Shown: positions 30,986 to 41,180, counted from the first letter of the stretch. The stretch is DNA of 64,000 bases from Candidatus Parcubacteria bacterium (GCA_034666125.1 JAXDML010000010.1:52260-116259), one strand, 5' to 3'. Notes: generated by a model from the letters alone, not told the origin. Made by a program: numbers and translations.

Positions 30986-31028
30986 ATGAAGTAAATCCGG
31001 TCCGTTTTGCGGCGTCTGATATACTGAC

Positions 31029-32387
31029 ATGCATATGTTATTTGTTCGCCGGCACCCGCTCCTCGCTGCTGCTGCGCTCGGTACCATCCTTCTTTCCGTA
31101 GCGCTCGTGACGCCGCTTTTCACGAATGCGCAGGTCGCCACGGGCGAGCGCAGAGCCGAACTTCAGCGGCAGTTGAACGAGATAGAGGCGCAGATACGGC
31201 AGACCGATACCGTCATCACGGGACTCCAGGGTGAGGGCATGTCCCTGCAGCGCGACATCAACGTCCTCGACGGACAGATCAAGAAGACCCGCCTCCAGAT
31301 ACAGGCGACCGACATCGCCATCTCGGCGCTCTCCGAGAATATCGTGCTCCACTCGAGCGCGATCAATACCCTGACGGACCAGCTTGGCGAACAGAAGGAA
31401 GGGCTCGCCGAGATCATCCGCCAGACCCAGCACTATGACGATTACTCGCTCATCGAGGTGGTCCTCTCGACCGAGGATGTATCGGAGTTCTTCGGTGACC
31501 TCGATTCCTTCGCGAGCCTGAAGACAGCCATCGGGGAGTCGTCGCGCGTGCTTGCGAGCACGCGCTCCGCGACGGAAGTCGAGAAGGACGGGCTTGAGAC
31601 GCAGCGAAGCCAGCAGGAGGAGCTCCGCCAGCTGCGCGTTCTCGAGGAAGCGCAGGTGAAGCGGCAGGAAGCGGAAAAGGCGCGGCTCTTGTCGCTCAAT
31701 AAGAACGAGCAGGCGCGGTACCAGGGCACCCGGTCGGCGCTCGAGCGTTCGGCCGCGCAGATCCGCGCGGAGCTGTTCGGCCTTGCCGGAGGCGGCGGCG
31801 CCATCCCGTTCGGAACCGCGTACGAGCACGCGAAGACCGCATCGCGCATCACGGGAGTCCGCCCGGCGATGATACTCGCCATCCTCTCGCAGGAGTCGGA
31901 CCTCGGCCGCAACGTCGGCCAGTGTTACATTACGAGCCTCGTAACGGGCGACGGGAAGGGGAAGAATACCGGCACGCCGTTCTCGGGCACGATGAAGGTG
32001 CCGCGCGATACCGTACCGTTCGAGCGCATCATGAATGCGCTCGGCCGCGACTGGTCGACCACCCCGGTCTCATGTCCTCAGCCAGGCGGGTACGGCGGAG
32101 CCATGGGCCCGACCCAGTTCATCCCGTCAACGTGGGCAGTCTACGAGCCGCGCATCAGGAGTTCGCTCGGCGTCGCCGCGACCGACCCTTGGAATCCGCT
32201 TCATGCCATCGTCGCCACCGGCCTCTACCTGGCCGACGTCGGAGCCGCAGGCGGCTCCGAGCACACCGCAGCCGCGAAATACTACGCGGGAGGCAACTGG
32301 GCTTCGGCAGGACAGGTCTACGCCGGAAGCGTCATGAGCAAGGCCGCCGCCTTCCAGGCCGATATCGATACCCTCGAAGGAGAATAG
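31029..32387 (+). CDS. Secreted coiled-coil protein with C-terminal lytic-transglycosylase-like (MltB/SLT-like) domain
   Basis: Signal peptide; about 250 aa heptad-rich region; 'ILSQESDLG...GAMGPTQFIPSTW' resembles family-3 lytic transglycosylase motifs. Confidence 0.55.
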   Translation: MHMLFVRRHPLLAAAALGTILLSVALVTPLFTNAQVATGERRAELQRQLNEIEAQIRQTDTVITGLQGEGMSLQRDINVLDGQIKKTRLQIQATDIAISALSENIVLHSSAINTLTDQLGEQKEGLAEIIRQTQHYDDYSLIEVVLSTEDVSEFFGDLDSFASLKTAIGESSRVLASTRSATEVEKDGLETQRSQQEELRQLRVLEEAQVKRQEAEKARLLSLNKNEQARYQGTRSALERSAAQIRAELFGLAGGGGAIPFGTAYEHAKTASRITGVRPAMILAILSQESDLGRNVGQCYITSLVTGDGKGKNTGTPFSGTMKVPRDTVPFERIMNALGRDWSTTPVSCPQPGGYGGAMGPTQFIPSTWAVYEPRIRSSLGVAATDPWNPLHAIVATGLYLADVGAAGGSEHTAAAKYYAGGNWASAGQVYAGSVMSKAAAFQADIDTLEGE

Positions 32388-32423
32388 GAGCGCGCTAAAA
32401 CACCTAACTACGGCCTTGTCCAC

Positions 32424-32443
32424 ACAGGGCGCCCTGTTTTTCT
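32424..32443 (+). terminator. Hairpin acagggcgccctgt followed by tttttctt
   Basis: Read directly; after the 31029..32387 stop. Confidence 0.5.
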
Positions 32444-32467
32444 TGGCCTCTCCCGTATGGGTGTATC

Positions 32468-33430
32468 ATGAGCCTATATATGGATACCCCTACAACCATT
32501 ACCCCCGCCGCAAGCCAGCATTCGAAATTCCCCCTCACTCCTATCCAGCGCCGCTCGCTCGCCATCGTCGTTCTCATCGCCGCAGTCGCCCTCATCGGAT
32601 ACTTCGCCTACCGTCACTGGCAGGGATCACAACTGGTCCCTGCGGGCCAGATGGTCACGATCGCGTCCGACGGTCTCCCGCTCGCCGCGATGCAGCGGAT
32701 CGATTTGGAAGACGGATCGCTCGTGCCGCTCAATACCGAAGGGCAGGGAACGGCGGTCGTCCTGGACGCCGCGCATACCGATGCCAAGGGCTACTACCTC
32801 ATAGGGGATCCCGGCTTCAGCCGTTCGAATCTGTACCGCCAGGACCGTGAGAATCCGGGCGTAGGACTCGAGGAACTCACGCACTCGACGACCCTCAAGT
32901 TCGATCTGGCATACGACGATCTTTCGGGCGTCGCCGCGTACGTGTCCGTGCCGGAAGCCGGTGGGGACGGCCATATAACGGTATGGAGCCCGCTCACGAA
33001 GAAGGAAACGGACATCGGCGCCGGCATGCATCCGGTCCTGCTTCCGGGCGGATTCTTCGTCGTCCTCGAGCGGGACGGGAAGGTGATGTCCGTAAATGTA
33101 GAGACAGGGGAGGCCTACGAGCTGCTTTCGCTCGCGCCGGACGCGGTCTTCGCGGTCGACGCTCAGAATATGAAACTCGCGCTGTACGTTCCGGCCCTAG
33201 GGACGATCCAGCAGTTCTCGATAGCCAACAGCGTCGGGGCGAGCTTCGAGTCCGCCATCCAGGCGCCGTCCGCGCCCGGCGAGATGGCGTTCTCGGGCGG
33301 GGCGCTCGTGACCGGCACTATCGACGCCGGGACCGGCGAGCTCGTCCTCGCGCGGGGCGACGAGACGTTCCGGGTACATCCGCCCGCGCCGTTGCCGGGC
33401 GATTACAAGCTTTCGATACTCCATGACTAA
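32468..33430 (+). CDS. Membrane-anchored hypothetical protein (N-terminal TM, extracytoplasmic beta-rich domain)
   Basis: TM 'LAIVVLIAAVALIGYFAY'; no recognisable family. Confidence 0.45.
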   Translation: MSLYMDTPTTITPAASQHSKFPLTPIQRRSLAIVVLIAAVALIGYFAYRHWQGSQLVPAGQMVTIASDGLPLAAMQRIDLEDGSLVPLNTEGQGTAVVLDAAHTDAKGYYLIGDPGFSRSNLYRQDRENPGVGLEELTHSTTLKFDLAYDDLSGVAAYVSVPEAGGDGHITVWSPLTKKETDIGAGMHPVLLPGGFFVVLERDGKVMSVNVETGEAYELLSLAPDAVFAVDAQNMKLALYVPALGTIQQFSIANSVGASFESAIQAPSAPGEMAFSGGALVTGTIDAGTGELVLARGDETFRVHPPAPLPGDYKLSILHD

Positions 33431-35720
33431 GACCCACGTTATCTCTTCGACACGGCGCTTGCTGCCTTTTGCTCTCGTATTCGCTTTCGGACTTTTCCTA
33501 TGCGTGGCGTATGCACACGCGCAGGGCGGTAAGAACGTCTCCCTTAACGCGAATCCTCCATCGAGCTCGCCGGGCGCTCCGGTCACCCTCTCGTGGAGCG
33601 CCTCGCCCCCGATGGACCCCGTGACTGGCGAGACTCCCAATTGCGTCGGGACCGGCTTCTCGACCGGAGGCGCACGAAACGGGAGCGTGACAGTCAACCC
33701 TACGGTGACGACGACCTATAGCGTGAACTGCTACAGCATCACCAGAACCGCGACGGTGACCATCTCGAGCAATCCGCCTACGGTCAGCATGTCCGCGAAT
33801 CCGACCTCCTTGATATACGGCAATTCGGCCACCCTTTCGTGGTCTTCGACCAACGCGACGTCATGCACCAATGTCGTCGACCAGCACACCGGACAGGCCT
33901 ATGCGACGAATGGCGCGACGAGTGGATCGGTATCGGTAACGCCGAGCGCCAGCGCGAGCAGCAACCGAACCTACAGCATCACCTGCAGCGGTTCCGGCGG
34001 AAGCATAGGGACGCAAGTGACTATAACCACTCAGCACGGCGCAGGCGTGCAGCTCTACGTGAACCCGTCCTCGATCCAGACCGGCAACTCGGCAAGCCTC
34101 GCCTGGTCGTCGCAGTACGCCACGTCCTGCACCGGCACGAACTTCTCGACCGGGGGAGCGACATCCGGCAACGTGTCCGTCTCGCCGACCCAGACGACGA
34201 CCTATTCCGTCACCTGCACCGGAAATCAGGGCAGTACGGCCTCCGACTCGAAAGTGCTCGGCGTCAACGCGCCGCCCATCGGCGTGAGCTGTTCCGTAAA
34301 CCCGTCGCCCGGCCGGGTCAACCAGCCGGTCACCTGGTTCGCAAGCGCGTGGGGCGGCACCTCGCCGTATTCGTACTCATGGATCGGCGACCTGCTCACC
34401 GGCCTCACGGGTTCGAGCGTCCAGGCCACCTATGACTCACCCGGCAGCAAGAACGCCATCGTCGAGGTGACCGACTCCTCGTCGACCGGCGCGAGTGGCT
34501 GGGCTTCGGCCTCGTATGACAATCAGCGCTGCACCGGACCCGCGATCGACAGTGACTCGTTCACGCAGGATGGCGGTACGACAGGCAATGCGAGCGGCGT
34601 CGCGAAGTCCTGGGCGCGGTCCAAGATCAACGATCCGAACTTCGGCCCGGCTGACTTCCATGTGAATCCCCAGAACTACTGCATGCAGGCGCACACGGCA
34701 CAGGGCTGCAACCCGAACGGGACCGGCTTCGGCGCCGGTACCTGTCCGCACAGCGTTGAGGTGTCGCTCCATAGCGGCAACGGTCGCCGCGCCACGAACT
34801 CCTCGGACTATCAGGTCGTGAACGGGTGGACCGTCGATAAGTACTGGGGAGTGGTCATATACGACGGTACGCAGACATCTTCCAGCGCGCAGACTGTGAG
34901 CTACCAGTGCCCGGTCCTCACGGTCAACCCCCCGGACGCGCCCACGGCGACCCTGTCGGCGAACCCGATCTCGGTCGTGCAGGGGAGTTCCTCCACGCTC
35001 ACCTGGTCGTCGACCAATGCGACGTCCTGCAGCATCGACCATGGCGTCGGCTCGGTGACTCCCAACACGACCGGCACCAGCTCGGTCACGCCCGCCGCGA
35101 CCACGCTCTATACGCTCACCTGCAACGGGACCGGGGGTACGGCCACTGCGGCGGTGACCGTTTCGGTGACCACGACTCCGGAAGATCCGGAAGACCCAGA
35201 TGATCCGGGCCCGCTTCTTTCCTGTGCGGTATCGAGCCAGAGCGTGAACGTCGGCCAGTCGGTAACGTATACCGCTTCGGGAGCTTCGGCACCCTATATC
35301 TGGACGCCTGCGGACGGCGTCGGCAGCTACGGCACCGGAGATACGGCGAACCGCACGTTCACCGGCGTCGGCAGCTTCGGTATGACCGTGTCGAAATCCG
35401 GCTATACGAGCGGCAACTGTCCGGTCGTAGCCGTCGGTCCGGTCGCTTGCGGCACCGCCGATGTCACCATCACCGCAAGTCCCAACCGCGTCCGCGAAGG
35501 CCAGACATCAACCATCTCCTGGACCGCGTCGAAGGTCGACTCTTCCTGCACCATCACCGGTCCGGGCGTGAGCCAGGCCCTGGGCACCTCCTGCGCCCTT
35601 CAGAGCGGCCAGGCCACGCCGACCATCTCCAAACAGAGCGTATATACGATCAGGTGCGACGACGGGGAAGCGAGCGCGCAAGCGATCGTGAACCTCATCC
35701 CGAAGTTCATCGAGTTCTAG
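33423..35720 (+). CDS. Secreted cell-surface protein with about 7 Ig-like repeat domains ('SA/SVNP...G.S.TLSWSS.NATSCT...TTTYS..C.G' repeats)
   Basis: Signal peptide LLPFALVFAFGLFLCVAYAHAQG. Repeated about 90-aa modules, each with a conserved Cys pair. Confidence 0.65.
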   Translation: MTKTHVISSTRRLLPFALVFAFGLFLCVAYAHAQGGKNVSLNANPPSSSPGAPVTLSWSASPPMDPVTGETPNCVGTGFSTGGARNGSVTVNPTVTTTYSVNCYSITRTATVTISSNPPTVSMSANPTSLIYGNSATLSWSSTNATSCTNVVDQHTGQAYATNGATSGSVSVTPSASASSNRTYSITCSGSGGSIGTQVTITTQHGAGVQLYVNPSSIQTGNSASLAWSSQYATSCTGTNFSTGGATSGNVSVSPTQTTTYSVTCTGNQGSTASDSKVLGVNAPPIGVSCSVNPSPGRVNQPVTWFASAWGGTSPYSYSWIGDLLTGLTGSSVQATYDSPGSKNAIVEVTDSSSTGASGWASASYDNQRCTGPAIDSDSFTQDGGTTGNASGVAKSWARSKINDPNFGPADFHVNPQNYCMQAHTAQGCNPNGTGFGAGTCPHSVEVSLHSGNGRRATNSSDYQVVNGWTVDKYWGVVIYDGTQTSSSAQTVSYQCPVLTVNPPDAPTATLSANPISVVQGSSSTLTWSSTNATSCSIDHGVGSVTPNTTGTSSVTPAATTLYTLTCNGTGGTATAAVTVSVTTTPEDPEDPDDPGPLLSCAVSSQSVNVGQSVTYTASGASAPYIWTPADGVGSYGTGDTANRTFTGVGSFGMTVSKSGYTSGNCPVVAVGPVACGTADVTITASPNRVREGQTSTISWTASKVDSSCTITGPGVSQALGTSCALQSGQATPTISKQSVYTIRCDDGEASAQAIVNLIPKFIEF

Positions 35721-35760
35721 GGCGTTTGCGGGGAAGCGGCTCATTTGCTATAGTCGCCGG

Positions 35761-36015
35761 ATGAAGAAAGACATCCATCCAGCCGATCATCGCCTGGTCA
35801 TCTTCGAGGACATGTCCTCGGGAAAGCAGTTCCTGGTAGGCTCGACTATCAAGACGAAGGAGACCGGCACCTTCGAAGGCAAGGAGTATCCGAAGGTCGT
35901 TGTCGAGATCTCCTCGGAATCCCATCCGTTCTATACCGGCGAGGACCGCACTCTCGACAAGACCGGACGCGTCGAGCGCTTCAAGCAGCGCGCCTCGAAG
36001 GCAGGGAAGAAATAA
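35761..36015 (+). CDS. rpmE: Ribosomal protein L31
   Basis: 'MKKDIHPADHRLVIFEDMSSGKQFLVGSTIKT...HPFYTGE' matches L31. Confidence 0.9.
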   Translation: MKKDIHPADHRLVIFEDMSSGKQFLVGSTIKTKETGTFEGKEYPKVVVEISSESHPFYTGEDRTLDKTGRVERFKQRASKAGKK

Positions 36016-36031
36016 AAGAAGAGTAGAACGC

Positions 36032-36065
36032 AAAAAGCCGCAGGTTGCGGCTTTTTGCGTTTTCG
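36032..36065 (+). terminator. Intrinsic terminator aaaaagccgcaggttgcggctttttgcgtttt after rpmE
   Basis: GC stem plus U tract read directly. Confidence 0.75.
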
Positions 36066-36216
36066 TGAGACACGAGCCACCTCAACTCTCATCAAGAATT
36101 AATGGAGACTAGGGCGGCTCCGAGCCCGCCGGCACGTAGTCACTATAAGAAATGCATGGTTATAGAATCTTGCCCGGAACATAGGTAAAAGCTGAGTTTT
36201 TGTTACTATTTACTGC

Positions 36217-37149
36217 ATGGAATACTCTCCAGAATTCAAGTCGAACCATAAGACCGCGTACCTTGCGGAGGAATACGAACGCCTCGAGCGGGACGTGCAG
36301 GGCGGTCGCACCGCGGCCGGCGGTGACGCGGTGCTGCTCGAACTCGCGGAAGAGGACGCTGAACGCGCGGAGACGCGCAAGAAGGAGATACTCGAAGAGA
36401 TAGCGCAGATCCTCAGCAAGGATAAGGAAGAGGAGTCGTTGCCGAAGGCGGTCGTGCTCGAGTTCCGCGCGGGGGCAGGCGGGGACGAAGCAAGCCTGTT
36501 TGCCGCGGAACTCCGCGATATGTACCAGAAATACGCCGAAGGAAAGAAGTGGAAGGTGCGCATGGTGGACGACGCGACGCTCGAGATAGAAGGCGCTGAC
36601 GCGTACACGGCGCTGCGCTATGAGACCGGCGTGCACCGCGTGCAGCGCACCCCCGTGACCGAGAAGATGGGACGCATCCACACTTCTACGGCCTCCGTCG
36701 CCGTACTGCCCATACGTACGAAGCCGAAGTTCGAGATCAATCCGGCCGACATCGAGATGGAATTCTCGCGTTCCGGAGGCGCGGGCGGCCAGAACGTGAA
36801 CAAGATCGAGAGCGCGGTCAGGCTCATCCATAAGCCGACGGGCATCGATGTACGCTCGACGAGCGAACGATCGCAGCTCGGCAACCGCGAGAAGGCCATG
36901 AGTATCCTCGCCGCGAAGCTCGAGACCTTATATGAAGAGGAAGAGGCGAAGAAGCACGCCGACCTCAGAAGTGGCCAGATCGGCACCGCCGACCGCTCCG
37001 AGAAGATACGCACCTACAACTTCCCGCAGGATCGCGTCACGGACCACCGCATCAAGGAATCCTGGCACAACCTGCCGAAGATCATGCTCGGCGCGATCGA
37101 TCCGATCGTAGAGGCGCTCGCCGCAGCGGGGAAGGAGAGCGCTAAATAA
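36217..37149 (+). CDS. prfA: Peptide chain release factor 1 (short form)
   Basis: '[26 protein letters not shown]' GGQ motif; 'TPVTE' tripeptide motif of PxT type indicates RF1. Confidence 0.85.
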   Translation: MEYSPEFKSNHKTAYLAEEYERLERDVQGGRTAAGGDAVLLELAEEDAERAETRKKEILEEIAQILSKDKEEESLPKAVVLEFRAGAGGDEASLFAAELRDMYQKYAEGKKWKVRMVDDATLEIEGADAYTALRYETGVHRVQRTPVTEKMGRIHTSTASVAVLPIRTKPKFEINPADIEMEFSRSGGAGGQNVNKIESAVRLIHKPTGIDVRSTSERSQLGNREKAMSILAAKLETLYEEEEAKKHADLRSGQIGTADRSEKIRTYNFPQDRVTDHRIKESWHNLPKIMLGAIDPIVEALAAAGKESAK

Positions 37150-37193
37150 CGAGATTCGAAACCTCGTCTCCCAGCAACCTTAAATAAGTATTC

Positions 37194-37223
37194 AAGGACT
37201 AGAACGGATCCGTTCTAGTCCTT
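37194..37223. terminator. Perfect palindromic hairpin aaggactagaacggatccgttctagtcctt between convergent prfA and the PhnB-like gene
   Basis: Read directly; overlaps the minus-gene stop by 2 nt. Confidence 0.55.
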
Positions 37224-37698
37224 AACCCCGTCGCGCTGCGTCAATAGCGGCTACGTCGATTTTCTTCATGGTCATCATCGCTTTAAAAGCGCGTTCTGCT
37301 TCTGCGCCACCAAGAGCAAGTGCCTCAATCAGCGTACGCGGCGTGATCTGCCATGATACTCCCCAGCGGTCCTTGCACCATCCACACTCACTCTCCTTAC
37401 CGCCATTCCCAACAATCGCGTTCCAATAGCGATCCGTCTCTTCCTGGTCTTCCGTTGCGATCTGAAAGGAAAATGCCTCACTTTGAGTAAACGTAGGGCC
37501 GCCATTCAGACCGATACAAGGAATTCCACAGACGGTGAACTCCACTGTTAGCACGTCGCCCTTCTTGCCACCCGGAAAGTCACTGGGAGCATGAAAAACA
37601 GCATTTACTTTACTATCAGGAAATGTAGCGGCGTAAAAACTCGCCGCGTCTTCCGCATCCTTATTAAACCAGAGGCAAATGGTATTTTTGGGTATCAT
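37222..37698 (-). CDS. PhnB-like / 3-demethylubiquinone-9 3-methyltransferase-domain (VOC superfamily) protein
   Basis: 'ICLWFNKDAEDAASFYAATFP...VLTVEF.V.G' N-terminal signature of the PhnB-like family. Confidence 0.6.
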   Translation of the reverse strand: MIPKNTICLWFNKDAEDAASFYAATFPDSKVNAVFHAPSDFPGGKKGDVLTVEFTVCGIPCIGLNGGPTFTQSEAFSFQIATEDQEETDRYWNAIVGNGGKESECGWCKDRWGVSWQITPRTLIEALALGGAEAERAFKAMMTMKKIDVAAIDAARRG

Positions 37699-37809
37699 GT
37701 TAGGTTATGTTTCCTTAAGTATAGCAATAAAAGTTCTAGCCTTGTCTCAGAGGACCAGGAATCAGGCCCATATTTGCAGGCCAATTAAGCCTGTGGTATC
37801 TTCTTTGGT

Positions 37810-38523
37810 ATGACTACCGATACTTCGGCCAAAGCCGATGGGGGGATTGGCGTTGACCGTCTTTTCGAGACGGGCGCTCACTTCGCGCAGGTGAAGAGCC
37901 GCCGCCATCCTTCCATGAAGCCCTTCGTGATCGGCACGAAGTCCAAGGTCGAGATATTCGACCTCCAGAAGACCGACGAGCAGCTCGCGAAGGCGAAGCA
38001 GGCGATGGGAGCGCTCGCGCGTGACGGCAAGACCGTACTCTTCGTGGGCGGGAAGCGCGAGGTCTCCGACAGCGTTCGTGAAGCCGCTCGCCGCATCGGA
38101 CAGCCGTATGTCGCCGGCCGCTGGCTCGGCGGGACCCTCTCGAACTTCGTCGAGATCAAGAAGCGCATCGATCGCCTGTCCGACCTGACGCAGAAACGCG
38201 AATCCGGCGAGCTCGCGAAGATTTACACCAAGCTCGAGCGTGTCTTCATCGACCGCGAGATCACCCGCCTCGAGGAGCGCCTTGGTGGTATCGCCGCTCT
38301 CGCAAAGCGCCCGGACGCCATGGTCATCGTGGATACGAAGCACGAGGCGCATGCGTCGAAGGAGGCGCGCGACGCCGGCATCCCGGTCATCGGCATCATG
38401 AGCTCCGATTGCGATCTTACCGACGCGGCATTCCCGATCGTAGTGAACGACGCGTCGCGCGCGACCGTCAAGCTCGTGCTCGACGAGCTCGCAACGGCCT
38501 TCGAGACGGGCAGCAAGGCCTAA
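37810..38523 (+). CDS. rpsB: Ribosomal protein S2
   Basis: 'AHFAQVKSRRHPSMKPFVIGTKSKVEIFDLQKT...VLFVGGKRE' S2 family. Confidence 0.9.
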   Translation: MTTDTSAKADGGIGVDRLFETGAHFAQVKSRRHPSMKPFVIGTKSKVEIFDLQKTDEQLAKAKQAMGALARDGKTVLFVGGKREVSDSVREAARRIGQPYVAGRWLGGTLSNFVEIKKRIDRLSDLTQKRESGELAKIYTKLERVFIDREITRLEERLGGIAALAKRPDAMVIVDTKHEAHASKEARDAGIPVIGIMSSDCDLTDAAFPIVVNDASRATVKLVLDELATAFETGSKA

Positions 38524-38577
38524 TTTCCGTACGGGCAGCGGGGCAATTTACGTAATCAAACCTTAAGCACTTTCGAC

Positions 38578-39159
38578 ATGGACATCTCAATGGACGCAGT
38601 GAAGGGACTCCGCGACAGGACGGGCGTTTCCGTCATGCAGTGCCGCAAGGCTCTGGAGGAAGCGGGAGGCGACCTTGAGAAGGCAGAGGTGATCCTCAGG
38701 AAGAAGAGCGGCGCGGCTGCCGACAAGAAGTCCGATCGGGACCTGGGAGCCGGCGCGGTCGCCACGTATGTCCATGGCGGCGAGATCGGCGCGATGGTGC
38801 TCCTTTCCTGCGAGACCGACTTCGTTGCGCGCAACGAGGAGTTCCCGCAGCTCGCGCGCGAGATAGCCATGCAGGTCGCCGCGAGCAACCCCACCTACCT
38901 CAACGAGTCCGATATCGCCGAGGACGCGCAAGCGGCAGCGAAGTCCGTATTCATGGAGGAAGTGAAGGACAAGCCCGCCGCCATGCAGGAGAAGATCCTG
39001 GAAGGGAAGATGGCGAGCTACTTCAAGGACCAGGTCCTCATGAACCAGCCGTATATCAAGGACGAATCGAAGACTGTCCGCGATCTCATTACGGAAGCCT
39101 CCCAAAAGTTTGGAGAGCGTGTTGAAGTCACCAAGTTCGCACGTTTTTCAGCGCGCTAG
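38578..39159 (+). CDS. tsf: Elongation factor Ts (short form)
   Basis: 'VKGLRDRTGVSVMQCRKALEEAGGDLEKAEVILRKKS' UBA-like N-terminus plus EF-Ts core. Confidence 0.85.
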   Translation: MDISMDAVKGLRDRTGVSVMQCRKALEEAGGDLEKAEVILRKKSGAAADKKSDRDLGAGAVATYVHGGEIGAMVLLSCETDFVARNEEFPQLAREIAMQVAASNPTYLNESDIAEDAQAAAKSVFMEEVKDKPAAMQEKILEGKMASYFKDQVLMNQPYIKDESKTVRDLITEASQKFGERVEVTKFARFSAR

Positions 39160-39242
39160 AAGCGGCCGGTGCGCATACCGTCGCCCCACCAGGATGTCAG
39201 TATGCGCGCCGGTCGCGTCTGGTGATACAATAGTCCGAACGT

Positions 39243-39671
39243 ATGCCGTATCTCATCAGTATCCTCGTCGCAGGGGCCCTGTTCTTGGCCTTTCTCCTGC
39301 TGACCGCGTATGAGGCGAGACGGGGTAGTCGTTTCTTCGCGACGTTCCGCTATAGGCTCGACTCGAAAGTGTCCCGCGCTCAGTTCCTCGTCGAGCACAT
39401 CGACTGGGGCGCGCTCACCGCGCATCTGACCCGCACCTCGCTCAATACGGTGGCTCACGACGCCGCGCATGGCACGCTTATCGGGGTCCGTGCCGTGGAG
39501 CGCAACCTCACGCGCGCCGTGAGCGTCCTGCGCACGCGGCGCGAAAATACCGCCCCGCCTCCCCGCATAGCGACGGCCGGTGAAGACGCGCCGCGTTCCG
39601 CCCCCGACGTGCTTCTCTCGCAGAGAGCTCATACGATGGGCGACATCGTGCGAAAGGAAGGGGAGGGGTAA
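39243..39671 (+). CDS. Hypothetical membrane-anchored protein
   Basis: N-terminal TM 'LISILVAGALFLAFLLLTAY'; no family recognised. Confidence 0.4.
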   Translation: MPYLISILVAGALFLAFLLLTAYEARRGSRFFATFRYRLDSKVSRAQFLVEHIDWGALTAHLTRTSLNTVAHDAAHGTLIGVRAVERNLTRAVSVLRTRRENTAPPPRIATAGEDAPRSAPDVLLSQRAHTMGDIVRKEGEG

Positions 39672-39690
39672 ACTACGTACATAGACACTT

Positions 39691-39763
39691 GCCGGTGTAG
39701 CTCAGTTGGTAGAGCAGCTGTTTTGTAAACAGCAGGTCGTGGGTTCGAACCCCTCCGCCGGCT
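39691..39763 (+). tRNA. tRNA-Thr (anticodon UGU)
   Basis: Cloverleaf folded by hand: acceptor gccggtg/cgccggc (one G-U pair), D arm gctc-agttggta-gagc, anticodon arm gctgt-ttTGTaa-acagc, T arm gtggg-ttcgaac-ccctc (one U-U mismatch), discriminator T. CCA is not encoded. Confidence 0.8.
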
Positions 39764-39788
39764 CCGGTTTTCCCATAAGGACGGCGCA

Positions 39789-40346
39789 TTGCCCCAAGCC
39801 ACGGTATGGGCATATACTTTATCCATGACAGCCATGGAGCACGCGCTTGGCCGCCTGCCCGCCGACTCCGGCAAAGGCGAGGCGTTGCCCGCACGACTCG
39901 AGACGGCTTTACGGGAACTCCGGGAACGGCTGCTCGCCCGGTATCCGCGTCAGTTCACGAGGGAAGAGGCCGTTCCCGAAGACCTCGTTGAGGACGAGGA
40001 AGACGATGACACGATGGAGAGCGACGACGGTCCGACAGCCTTACCCGAGGAGCGGGAAATGGTCGTCCTTGAGGCTGAGGAGATCCTGGAAGACAGGATG
40101 AAGCGCTTCGCGGGACTCATGGCCATGCTCGCGCCCGGGCTGCTCTTCACGAATCTGCTCGTGCGGCTTACGCAGGGAGGCCCCGACTCCTCTCAGCTTG
40201 GCGCGCTCTTTAATATGGGAACGGTCGGAGGCGCAGCGGTCGCTACGATCCTTGCGGTAACGAACATGATGAAGGCGGACCGGGTATACGAGACCATCGA
40301 TCCTAATGATCCGGACGATATCGCGCGGCTCTCCGCGAAGATTTGA
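39789..40346 (+). CDS. Hypothetical protein with acidic central stretch and C-terminal hydrophobic segment
   Basis: ORF only; possible real start at ATG 39825 (MTAMEHALG). Confidence 0.4.
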   Translation: MPQATVWAYTLSMTAMEHALGRLPADSGKGEALPARLETALRELRERLLARYPRQFTREEAVPEDLVEDEEDDDTMESDDGPTALPEEREMVVLEAEEILEDRMKRFAGLMAMLAPGLLFTNLLVRLTQGGPDSSQLGALFNMGTVGGAAVATILAVTNMMKADRVYETIDPNDPDDIARLSAKI

Positions 40347-40348
40347 CT

Positions 40349-40471
40349 ATGGACCAGAACGACTACACGCTCATCGCCAAGGAGCTCGACGAGAAGCTCT
40401 CGCTTGAGCAGAAGCTGGAACTCATCGCGGAATTGAATGCGCTTCTTGACGGACCTGGAACCAGGGACTAA
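40349..40471 (+). CDS. Possible small helical protein (40 aa: MDQNDYTLIAKELDEKLSLEQKLELIAELNALLDGPGTRD)
   Basis: ATG 3 nt after the preceding stop; below the length cutoff of the ORF track, found by reading. Confidence 0.25.
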   Translation: MDQNDYTLIAKELDEKLSLEQKLELIAELNALLDGPGTRD

Positions 40472-41157
40472 CGCCGGAGCGGGGTCGTGAATGTCGAGGT
40501 AGACGTGGTCGCGAAGAAGTTCTTCGGAAAGTTGAGCTTGAACTCGTCGACCTCCGTGAAGCCGTACGTACGCACGCCGTCGATGACGAAGGCCGGGAAC
40601 CTCGGTTCCACCTTCTCGACCGCGATGAGCGTCTTGAGCGCGCCCAGGTCGAGATTGTAGTCGAAGGAGTAGACGCGCAGATCGGGGTTGGTCTCATGGA
40701 GATACGAGAGCGCGTAGCTCGCGCGGTCGCAGTCGTCGCACGCGCCGGTCTCGTTCGAATAGAAATACAGCGCGACGGTCGGGTCGAGGTCGCAGGCCTC
40801 CGCAAGGCGCTTCGTGAGGAGATAGTCGCGTATCTGTACGAGCGTGTACTGCTTCCTGAGCTGGATCACCTGATCGTTGTCGTTCCCGAGCTGGGTCTCG
40901 GCGAAGGCGAGCCGGTCGCCGAGGTCCGTCATCTCGCGCGAGAGGGTATTGCCCTCGGAAAGGTTCGCGCAGGAGGTCTCTTCAAGAAGCGCGAATTGCG
41001 TCTCGATGGAAAGGGTGTCGGTCGCGAGGCGGGTCTGGAGGTCGTTCAGCTGGGCGACGCGTTTCCGATCGAGGTAGTTGATCGCGTAGATGACGCTGCC
41101 GATGATGGCAAGCGTGATGACCAGGGCGATGACGGCGTTCCGGGCGGGCAGTGACAT
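40468..41157 (-). CDS. Membrane-anchored thioredoxin-fold (CxxC) protein, DsbA/TlpA-like
   Basis: N-terminal TM; 'ETGACDDCDRASY' CxxC followed about 45 aa later by 'RFPAFVIDG' (cis-Pro-like motif). Confidence 0.45.
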   Translation of the reverse strand: MSLPARNAVIALVITLAIIGSVIYAINYLDRKRVAQLNDLQTRLATDTLSIETQFALLEETSCANLSEGNTLSREMTDLGDRLAFAETQLGNDNDQVIQLRKQYTLVQIRDYLLTKRLAEACDLDPTVALYFYSNETGACDDCDRASYALSYLHETNPDLRVYSFDYNLDLGALKTLIAVEKVEPRFPAFVIDGVRTYGFTEVDEFKLNFPKNFFATTSTSTFTTPLRR

Positions 41158-41180
41158 ATATCTATCAGTTTAGGGGAATT

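Noticed and set aside
39629-39894. Minus-strand ORFs 39629..39874 and 39673..39894
   Set aside because: Antisense to the tRNA-Thr gene and its flanks; spurious.
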